Shown: positions 1-7,558 of the stretch, one piece after another | Numbering within the stretch: the first letter of the stretch is position 1 | Layout of the letters: each line of letters starts with the position of its first letter | Assembly (NCBI GenBank): GCA_016839515.1 | Contig: JAEOUE010000038.1 | Coordinates: 1-23,639, forward strand | DNA length: 23,639 bases | DNA from: Candidatus Hodarchaeum mangrovi | GTDB taxonomy: Archaea > Asgardarchaeota > Heimdallarchaeia > Hodarchaeales > Hodarchaeaceae | Direction: 5' to 3' | The notes under the pieces: model-generated | Databases searched by the model: none | The model's input: the letters and a program-made list of their open reading frames with translations, nothing else | What the model was told of the DNA's origin: nothing | Made by a program: the position numbers and the translations under genes

Positions 1-1
1 A

Positions 2-286
2 GTTGATTTAATTTATCCTTATTTAGATGAACAATTGATTGAATATGCACAAAGGCTACCTTATAATAAATTATTACGAGAAAATGAATTTGGCAAAATA
101 ATTCGAAAGGTTTACCTTCGTGAAGTAGCAGCTAATCTTACACTTCCAAAGGATATAATAAACCAACGTAAAAAGGCAATTCAATACGGATCTAATACTA
201 TTAAACTAATGCGGGTTATTGCTACAGAAGATGGGTTTAAGAATATTCGTATATGGTTTCAAAAAGAATTTAAAATTTTTAATTAA
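2..286 (+). CDS. asnB: Asparagine synthetase (glutamine-hydrolysing) family protein, C-terminal end (5'-truncated by window edge)
   Basis: Frame open from base 2: VDLIYPYLDEQLIEYAQRLP...RKVYLREVA...LPKDIINQRKKAIQYGS, matching the PxLD...LP...K..LR...LP..I..R.KKAIQYGS tail of archaeal AsnB-like proteins. Confidence 0.8.
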   Translation, partial: VDLIYPYLDEQLIEYAQRLPYNKLLRENEFGKIIRKVYLREVAANLTLPKDIINQRKKAIQYGSNTIKLMRVIATEDGFKNIRIWFQKEFKIFN

Positions 287-289
287 TCT

Positions 290-1375
290 TTAATCGGTTT
301 TTTCAACGATTGATACTACATCTGGGGGTTTTAATAGAATTAAAAAAGTAGTTAATGGATTAATTATGCTAAATGTCGATTTATAATTTCGTTTAAACTC
401 TTTTAAATGTGTACTTATTTCAAGGTCATTATATCGAATTGAAAAATGAATTGGTACAATTAATTTTAAATTTGAAAGGAGAACGACTTTTTCAAGAAGC
501 GTTATAAGATCTGAATGAAGATCTAGGTGATAATCATCCTGTGGGTGAAGATAAGTTGCATCATGGATTATAATATCACATTCATGGAAGAAATTTATTA
601 CTTCAGAATTGATATCTGTATCTCCAGAATATCCAAGAATAGTAGATAGGTCATAAAAAATTTGATCGCGAGAAATCTCCCTTCCTTCAACTAAAACTGG
701 GTCCTTACTTTTTAAAATCTTATTTAAGGTAGAGTTAAAGGGGATTTTTAGCTCTTTTGCAGTTTCCACCTTTAGTTTAGTTAGTTTGAACTCCAATTTG
801 TATGAAACAGATCCTGAGTTTAAATGAGAGTTCTCTTTGGCGATTAAACTATAATTTCTATCCAGCTGAATCCTTTCGTTATTTTCAATCACTCTTATTC
901 TAATTATTGATTTAATTCCCCTTCCGATTTCAATAGAGAGAAAACGCAATAGAAATTCACCATCATCAAGAGGAAATGGATCAATAACTGTGTTAAACTG
1001 TTCTATCATCCTTTCTTGAAAGGAAAGTGTTGAAAATTTAGGTATTATTATATTCAACGGATTTTTTGTTCTTCTTTCTTTTTCTAATAGAAGAATCCGA
1101 TGAATAAAATGTGCTAACCCTCCCCAATGGTCATGATGGAGATGTGATAAAATAATATAACGAATTTTGCTAAAACTTGGCTTTCCTAATGCATAGACTT
1201 CTGAATCTAATTTTGAGTTCTCAGAAATCTGTTTCCATTCTTTTTGATATCTCTTAAATGATTGAATAATCTCTGATGGACACTCAAATAAGTATTGATT
1301 ATCAACAAGAAATGAAACTGTTGCTGATTTCGCAGTTGGAACAGTTCCCCGTGCCCCAATTAAGTTAATAATCAT
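290..1375 (-). CDS. rnz: Ribonuclease Z-like metallo-beta-lactamase (divergent)
   Basis: HLHHDH (HxHxDH), YSGDT, HDATY, HSD and IHFSIRY motifs plus an exosite-like insertion. ATG at 1375 (MIINLIGARGTVP) follows GAAGGGA; the track start at 1417 is probably too early. Confidence 0.75.
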   Translation of the reverse strand: MIINLIGARGTVPTAKSATVSFLVDNQYLFECPSEIIQSFKRYQKEWKQISENSKLDSEVYALGKPSFSKIRYIILSHLHHDHWGGLAHFIHRILLLEKERRTKNPLNIIIPKFSTLSFQERMIEQFNTVIDPFPLDDGEFLLRFLSIEIGRGIKSIIRIRVIENNERIQLDRNYSLIAKENSHLNSGSVSYKLEFKLTKLKVETAKELKIPFNSTLNKILKSKDPVLVEGREISRDQIFYDLSTILGYSGDTDINSEVINFFHECDIIIHDATYLHPQDDYHLDLHSDLITLLEKVVLLSNLKLIVPIHFSIRYNDLEISTHLKEFKRNYKSTFSIINPLTTFLILLKPPDVVSIVEKTD

Positions 1376-1477
1376 TTTAATCCCTTCTCGGTATATCTGA
1401 AGAAATTTAAACAACAATGAATCTATATTAGTGTTTTTCTGAAAAAGAAGAAGAAATTGGAAGAATTTCTACGCTGA

Positions 1478-1546
1478 TTATTTAGTTCGTCTTCGTTCTT
1501 TTCGTTTTCTTCGTCTTAATCTCTTTTTCTTCCATTTTTCTCTCAT
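1478..1546 (-). CDS. rpl41e: Ribosomal protein eL41/eS32 (L41e), 22 aa, not in ORF track
   Basis: Hand translation MREKWKKKRLRRRKRKERRRTK*, matching the MRxKWxKKRxRRxKRKxR signature; GAAGGT upstream. Confidence 0.93.
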   Translation of the reverse strand: MREKWKKKRLRRRKRKERRRTK

Positions 1547-1559
1547 ATCATTTTACCTT

Positions 1560-1994
1560 CTAGTTCGTACATTTTCTAAGTAGAACTTCTTCAATCCATT
1601 CTCTGAATTTCGCCTGTGAAACAGCTCCAACTCTGTGAGCTACATATTTTCCTTTATAAAACATCATGAAAGTTGGCACAGAGAATATTTGGGTACCTTC
1701 TGGGGTATAACGGTTATGATCTGTATTTATTTTTAAAAATACAACTTTATTTCTAAATTCATAACTTAATGTTTCATAAATAGGTGCCATAACTTTACAT
1801 GGATTACACCATTCATCTGCTGAGAAATCTACAAGCACAGGGAGAGGTGAAGATTTTATAATATTATCAATATTACCATCATTAACGTGAGTTACCCCCA
1901 TTTGATTAATTTTTTTAAAAAAAGTAGCATTTTCTTGCAGAGTCATAGCTTTTTTATTTAAAATTGCCTGAAGTTCTGGATCGGGTTCAGTCAT
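1560..1994 (-). CDS. trxA: Thioredoxin family protein with N-terminal extension
   Basis: VLVDFSADEWCNPCK active site, cis-Pro SVPT and GAV motifs. Confidence 0.9.
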   Translation of the reverse strand: MTEPDPELQAILNKKAMTLQENATFFKKINQMGVTHVNDGNIDNIIKSSPLPVLVDFSADEWCNPCKVMAPIYETLSYEFRNKVVFLKINTDHNRYTPEGTQIFSVPTFMMFYKGKYVAHRVGAVSQAKFREWIEEVLLRKCTN

Positions 1995-2474
1995 TCACAA
2001 AATCCTCAAAAAATTTCACAAATATTAATAAAATCAGATAGCGATTTATTTTAACCAAGAGGGGTATATTTTAAAAAGATTACAGCTCTCTTATCTGACA
2101 TTTGACTATTTCTTTTTTGAGCTTTAAGAAAAAACTGTTTATCTAAAGGAAAATCACTCTTGACATTCTATCAATCTTTGGTATAAGACTTTTTTAACAA
2201 TTAAAGATATAGGCAAATTATTTTCTGTTAACTTGGCATCAAAACAGATAAAAAATGAAAGCTAAAAACTAATTGATATTAAAAATGTTCTATCTTATGG
2301 AGATCTGTTCTTATGAGTATTCATGGTTAAGGTACTGAATTCCAATGCGAAGAAGTTTTATTTAATTCTTACCATAAAAGAAGTTTACTTAAAGATTATA
2401 ATCAAAATAGTATTAAGAAATTTTTAATCTTGTGGATATTGCTTAAATCTGAAATAAAAGGGATTGAGTAATAT

Positions 2475-3332
2475 ATGAAAGCTCTTATCGGTATTCCCTT
2501 GCATAATGAACAGGCATATCTCTCTGAGTGCATTAGAACTTTATTTAACTTTATTAACTCAGAATGTAAAGATTATGATATTTCAGTTCTATTAGTGGAT
2601 GATGGAAGTACAGATAAATCTCAAGTAATTTATGAAAACTTAGCATTAGAATTTCGATTTCAAACAATTCGTCATTCTATAGGGCCTTTAGGCTATGGAA
2701 ACACAATTCTTACTTTATTTCGTCAAGCAAAGAAATCTTATGATATTTTAATAACATTTGATGCAGATCTTCAACATGCACCGTTTACAATCAAAGAAAT
2801 TCTTCAAGTTTTACAAGATAAACCCCAAATTGACTTAGTATCCACTAGTCGGTATTTGACTTATCGATTTTGGGACCAAAATACTCAAGTACCAATTGAT
2901 CGATATATAACAAATATGTTAATTACTAGAACTATAAATCGATGTTTTCCATTAAATATTGAAATTACAGATGCATTTTGTGGTTTAAAAGGTTATCGAA
3001 CAAAAATTCTTCCAGATAATATGGATCATGCAGGATATTCATTTCCATTAGTGTTTTGGAGTTATTCTCATAAAAATAACTTAATAATAGATGAAATTGA
3101 AACCCCAATAATATACAGATTGGATAGAAGGCCTCGAGGCGAGTGGAAACATCGGTTAAAAGATTATTTTTCTAAAATAGATTCATTAGTCCATTCAAAT
3201 GAGCTTAAGAAAAAGGTACAGCTTGATTATCAAGAAAGTATTAATCGTTTGACAGAAGTAGTCGATCATTGTCCAGATTTTCCAATTCTAACCTATCATG
3301 AGTTTTTCAAGTCAAAATGGTATATTGAATAG
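2475..3332 (+). CDS. Glycosyltransferase family 2 (DPM1-like GT-A fold)
   Basis: IPLHNE, VDDGSTD, GYG, FDADLQH and TDAFCGLKGYR motifs. Confidence 0.88.
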   Translation: MKALIGIPLHNEQAYLSECIRTLFNFINSECKDYDISVLLVDDGSTDKSQVIYENLALEFRFQTIRHSIGPLGYGNTILTLFRQAKKSYDILITFDADLQHAPFTIKEILQVLQDKPQIDLVSTSRYLTYRFWDQNTQVPIDRYITNMLITRTINRCFPLNIEITDAFCGLKGYRTKILPDNMDHAGYSFPLVFWSYSHKNNLIIDEIETPIIYRLDRRPRGEWKHRLKDYFSKIDSLVHSNELKKKVQLDYQESINRLTEVVDHCPDFPILTYHEFFKSKWYIE

Positions 3333-3385
3333 AAGTAGGAACTATTTAAATTATTCAGATCTGATTAGTTAATATCTCATCCTAA

Positions 3386-3489
3386 AGCCGCTGGGGGGAC
3401 TTGAACCCCCGACCAACAGATTTCTTGAGAATAACAAATACTATTTATTCTCTACGAGTCTGTCGCTCTACCAACTAAGCCACAGCGGC
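3386..3489 (-). tRNA. tRNA-Thr(CGT) with 31-nt intron at 37/38 (intron 3422-3452); CCA not encoded
   Basis: Acceptor stem GCCGCTG/CAGCGGC, anticodon arm ACAGA-CT-CGT-A|intron|A-TCTGT, T arm GGGGG-TTCAAGT-CCCCC; 73 nt after splicing. Confidence 0.95.
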
Positions 3490-3520
3490 TAAATATTGAA
3501 TAAGATAAGTTTGATTTACC

Positions 3521-3527
3521 GTATAAA
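3521..3527 (-). promoter_or_regulatory. Candidate TATA box for tRNA-Thr
   Basis: TTTATAC on the minus strand, 32-38 nt upstream of the mature tRNA 5' end. Confidence 0.4.
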
Positions 3528-3922
3528 CAAAGATAGCTCCTCTGTTTTATTTATTCTGATTAAAATCGTTTAAAATCTCTCTAATCTTTTAATTAACAAA
3601 CAAACATTAACAATTAATCAATCTTTTTTTAGAATGAAGTAATTAATAGGTTTGAAGATAAATTCTTTTTCAAGCCAGTTAATAAGATAAAAAGATTAAG
3701 AGAAAATCTCAATTGATAGGAAGTGGCCATAAAATTTGTTTTTTCCAAAAATAAGCTCTAATAAACTCGAGATGATATAGGAAATCTATTTGATTAAAAA
3801 TTAAAAAAGTGAAAAAACGGAGAAAAGCAGAAATAAAAGCATAAAACCGTTCATGCATTAATTTCTGGATATTCTTTGCTAAATTGAATATAAAAACAAA
3901 AGCTTAGAAGAAGGTTACACTA

Positions 3923-4201
3923 ATGGCTGCACTTGAAGTTGGTAGAGTTATCGTAAAGATTGCTGGTCGCGAAGCATTACAGAAAGCCGTCATAATCGAT
4001 TTAGTAGATCAAAATTTTGTCTTAATCTCTGGTGCAGGGATTTCCCCAGTAAAAAGACGGCGATGCAATATCAAACATATACGCCCCTTAGAACATCTTG
4101 TGTCTATAAAAAGAGGAGCCAAAGATGAAGATGTTCAAAAAGCACTAGAGAAAGAGAATATGATTGAAGAAATAAAAACACCTCTGAGAATAGGATTATA
4201 A
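3923..4201 (+). CDS. rpl14e: 50S ribosomal protein eL14
   Basis: EVGRVIVKIAGREA...VIIDLVDQNFVLISG...VKRRRCNIKHI, a KOW-containing L14e signature. Confidence 0.96.
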   Translation: MAALEVGRVIVKIAGREALQKAVIIDLVDQNFVLISGAGISPVKRRRCNIKHIRPLEHLVSIKRGAKDEDVQKALEKENMIEEIKTPLRIGL

Positions 4202-4242
4202 GAATTTTACCATTATTATTGGACTGAACAGGTTATTTAAAG

Positions 4243-5211
4243 ATGGAATTAACTGTTTTTGAAAAAGTCCAAAATTATTATACTGATCCAAAATATGGGA
4301 AACCACCTCAATCCAGAACCATTGATGAACTACTGAATCTAGGAATAATTAATCTAGATAAACCAGCAAATCCGACCTCACATGAGGTTACAGCTTGGGT
4401 TAAACAAATCTTAAATATCAAGAAAGCAGGACACGGAGGAACGTTAGATCCATCTGTTACTGGTAGTTTACCTATTGCATTAGGAAAAGCGACTCGAGCA
4501 TTACGTTTATTATTACACGCGGGTAAGGAATATATTTGCCTAATGAAGATCCATGTACCAGTATCACACGAAAAACTCTCTTCTGTACTTGATAATTTTA
4601 AGGAGAAGATATATCAAACTCCCCCTCTTAGAAGTAATGTTAAACGTCAATTACGTGTTCGGACGATATATGAATTAGAATTATTAGAATTCATTGATGG
4701 CGAATTAGCCTTATTAAGGATTTCTTGTGAAGCTGGAACTTATATTCGTAAATTATGTTATGATATCGGATTAATTCTCGGAACAGGAGCTCATATGCAA
4801 GAATTAAGACGAACTCGTACGGGGCCATTTGACGTAAAAACATCTATAACACTCCAAAACCTTCAAGATGCATGGTACTATTACAATAATGAAAGGAATG
4901 AGGAATTTATCAGAAATTTTATTCAGCCAGTGGAAGTAATAACTGAAAATGTTCCCAAGTTGTTTATAAGAGACTCAGCTATTGATGCCATTTGCCACGG
5001 GGCAAAACTTACACTTCCCGGGGTTTTAAAAGTTTCAAGTGAAATCAAAAAGAATTCACTTGTTGCCTTGATGACATTAAAGGAAGAATTAGTAGCAATT
5101 GGGAAAAGTTTAATGAGCACGAAAGAAATCCTTGAGAAAAATAATGGATTATGTGTTGAACCTAAAGCTGTTTTTATGGAAAAAGATACCTATCCCTCCT
5201 CCTGGAAATAG
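4243..5211 (+). CDS. cbf5: H/ACA RNP pseudouridine synthase Cbf5 (TruB family with PUA domain)
   Basis: LDKP..PTSHEV, GHGGTLDP (catalytic Asp), CEAGTYIR, ELRRTRTG and C-terminal PUA domain. Confidence 0.97.
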   Translation: MELTVFEKVQNYYTDPKYGKPPQSRTIDELLNLGIINLDKPANPTSHEVTAWVKQILNIKKAGHGGTLDPSVTGSLPIALGKATRALRLLLHAGKEYICLMKIHVPVSHEKLSSVLDNFKEKIYQTPPLRSNVKRQLRVRTIYELELLEFIDGELALLRISCEAGTYIRKLCYDIGLILGTGAHMQELRRTRTGPFDVKTSITLQNLQDAWYYYNNERNEEFIRNFIQPVEVITENVPKLFIRDSAIDAICHGAKLTLPGVLKVSSEIKKNSLVALMTLKEELVAIGKSLMSTKEILEKNNGLCVEPKAVFMEKDTYPSSWK

Positions 5212-5256
5212 TTATCGTAAAAATATAATTTTATATAAGAAAAAAATCCAAAAATT

Positions 5257-5658
5257 TTAGACCCTTCGACCTCTACGTCCTCCACGTTGTCTTGTACTAT
5301 CATGTGGAATTGGTGTAACTTCTTCAATTCTTGTTATTTGTAATCCAGATCTCGCAATAGCCCTAATTGCGGCTTGCGCCCCAGGACCAGGATTTCTTGC
5401 TCCCGATCCGCCTGGTGCCCTAACTTTGACGACAATCCGTTCAATTCCTTTTTCTTTCGCTACACGGGCAATAGTATGACCAACTTTCATTGCTGCATAG
5501 GGAGAGGACTGATTTCTATCTGCTCGAACTACTTGACCACCAGAAGATTTTACAATTGTTTCTGCTCCAGTCATGTCAGTTAAAGTAATTATTGTATTAT
5601 TGTAAGAGCTTAAAATATGAGCGATTCCCATTGTTGGACTTTGATTTTTCTTTGACAT
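5257..5658 (-). CDS. rps11: 30S ribosomal protein uS11
   Basis: [39 protein letters not shown]-terminus. Confidence 0.98.
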   Translation of the reverse strand: MSKKNQSPTMGIAHILSSYNNTIITLTDMTGAETIVKSSGGQVVRADRNQSSPYAAMKVGHTIARVAKEKGIERIVVKVRAPGGSGARNPGPGAQAAIRAIARSGLQITRIEEVTPIPHDSTRQRGGRRGRRV

Positions 5659-5671
5659 ATATTAACCTCAT

Positions 5672-6235
5672 TTATGTATCTTCATTCCCCGTTGATCGCA
5701 TTTTCTTAGAGCTAGATGGAGGGACAGAGAGTGCTGGATGTCCTGAATCATTAAATGGAGAACTAGGGGAATATTGGATTAGTTCTTCTTCCCCTCTCTT
5801 AACATGATAACTTGGTGATGTAACTTTTCTTTCACCTATTGAGATGTGTCCGTGAACAATCATTTGACGAGCTTGATATGGTGTACTAGCAAGTCCGATA
5901 TTATGTACGACAGATTGTAGTCGTCTTTTTAAAAATTGATCTATACTCAAAGAAAGAACCTCATCAGTTAATCCATCTTCATTCATCATAATCCCCAAAT
6001 TGAATAACTTCTTAACTAATGTAACTCTTTCTTGTTCTCGTAAATTTTCAGGTAATGCTAATGAAGAACGTGCTCTTGCTCTAAAGCTTCTTAAGCTGGT
6101 TTGAGCTTTCCAGATTTCCTTTTTATTTCTTAATCCGTATCTCCCCATATATATCATTTCCTCCTCAAGTCGAGTTTTGTTAAAAGGATGCCTAGGTCCC
6201 TCAAGTTTTTTTCGTAATCTTCGTGGATCTCCCAT
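5672..6235 (-). CDS. rps4: 30S ribosomal protein uS4
   Basis: MGDPRR..K..EGPRHP, YGLRNKKEIW, RRLQS, ARQMIVHGHI. Confidence 0.98.
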   Translation of the reverse strand: MGDPRRLRKKLEGPRHPFNKTRLEEEMIYMGRYGLRNKKEIWKAQTSLRSFRARARSSLALPENLREQERVTLVKKLFNLGIMMNEDGLTDEVLSLSIDQFLKRRLQSVVHNIGLASTPYQARQMIVHGHISIGERKVTSPSYHVKRGEEELIQYSPSSPFNDSGHPALSVPPSSSKKMRSTGNEDT

Positions 6236-6245
6236 TTAGTACACC

Positions 6246-6698
6246 TTAACCTTTTTTCTTCTTAGAAACACCAATAGTAGTTCCACCACGACCAGATGTC
6301 TTGGTACGTTGCCCACGAACTGGTAGTCCAAAATAATGACGGATCCCACGATATGAACGTGTCTTTTTTTCTCTATCTACATCCAATCGCAAAGAATCTA
6401 TTAAATCAGTACTGGTTAAATGTAGATCTTCTCCTGTGACAAGATCTTTCTGTCGATTTAACATCCATGATGGGATATTAAAAGCTAAGCAGTTGGAAAG
6501 AATATCTTCAATTAATTGAATTTCATCATCTGTTAAATAGCCACATCTCATATCAGGGTCCAAATCAGCTTTTTCACAGATTTGAGATGCTAATCTAAAC
6601 CCAACTCCACGAATTTGAGTAAGAGCGTGGCTTAATAACAAATCACCTCGACAGTCAGCTCCTGCAATTCTTAGTTGATGATTATATTCCAAGATCAT
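6246..6698 (-). CDS. rps13: 30S ribosomal protein uS13
   Basis: ALTQIRGVG, PSWMLNRQKD, YRGIRH..GLPVRGQRTKT. Confidence 0.98.
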   Translation of the reverse strand: MILEYNHQLRIAGADCRGDLLLSHALTQIRGVGFRLASQICEKADLDPDMRCGYLTDDEIQLIEDILSNCLAFNIPSWMLNRQKDLVTGEDLHLTSTDLIDSLRLDVDREKKTRSYRGIRHYFGLPVRGQRTKTSGRGGTTIGVSKKKKG

Positions 6699-6897
6699 TA
6701 CCTGTTACTATTTTAATCAGTTATAAGGATAATAAAGGGTAGTTTCTGGAACCAAATTTGTTTTGAAGAGGTTCTGATTCCGTTATACTCTATTCTAAAG
6801 GTGGATTCTTCTCGATATATTATACTTCCTAAGAAAAAGTTAAACATTTTATTTTGAGTCTTTTGCCTAGAAGTTTGATTTTTATATTTAATATAAA

Positions 6898-7012
6898 CGC
6901 CGCGGGAGAGATTTGAACTCTCGAGCTCAGAGAGCACATGCTGCCTCGTAAGAATATAGATTCACCTACTCTAATTCCAGGCATGCTTCCTACCGGACTA
7001 GAATACCGCGGC
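6898..7012 (-). tRNA. tRNA-Ser(GGA) with 32-nt intron at 37/38 (intron 6943-6974); long variable arm, G73, no CCA
   Basis: GCCGCGG/CCGCGGC acceptor stem, CATGC-CT-GGA-A|intron|A-GCATG, T arm GAGAG-TTCAAAT-CTCTC. Confidence 0.95.
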
Positions 7013-7558
7013 TTTTTAAAATTGAAGCCTAATGCTTGAAAAACTCGTATAGGCAAAAAACTCACCTGTTTTTCAAATATGGCTTTATTTATACCTTCTT
7101 CTTAGCTAATATTTATTTTTTCTTTAATCTCGAATTTAATTTTTCTTCAAAAACAATGGGAAGAATGGTGAAATATTTAATAACCAAATGATTGGTGATT
7201 GAACTTTCGAATAAGAAAATTTTTGTCAATAATCTATCAAATGAATGTCATAAGTGATTATTATTAACGCATTACTATTTCTATTATGTGTTTATTGGAA
7301 TAAAATCAAGTTCTTAAGTTTAAGAGATAATTACAGATAAATTTACAATTTATACGTTTTTTAAGAACTCTTTCTATGGAATTAATTATAACTAAATTAT
7401 TAGAGGAAAAAAAAAAGTTTATATCAAAATCATATTCTCTAGCATTTACTAGATTATTTAAACAGGTCAATTGGTATTTCACTAGACTTTTAAGAAAATC
7501 TACGTATACTAGTATTAAAAATAGAAATCAGAATCACGGTTTAGAGGAGATTTTATTA

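Noticed and set aside
1995-2474. 480-bp gap as a hidden gene or C/D-box sRNA
   Set aside because: No convincing ORF and no clear RUGAUGA/CUGA pair; consistent with divergent promoters
4923-5807. Short ORFs 4923-5120, 5374-5583, 5592-5807
   Set aside because: Antisense shadows of cbf5, rps11 and rps4
6713-7065. Track ORFs 6713-6937 and 6829-7065
   Set aside because: They overlap the tRNA-Ser gene and show no protein motifs
7376-7558. First 61 codons of the 613-aa track ORF
   Set aside because: Composition resembles AT-rich intergenic DNA (A-run, no family features); a strong GAGGAG precedes the in-frame TTG at 7559, where the first repeat starts
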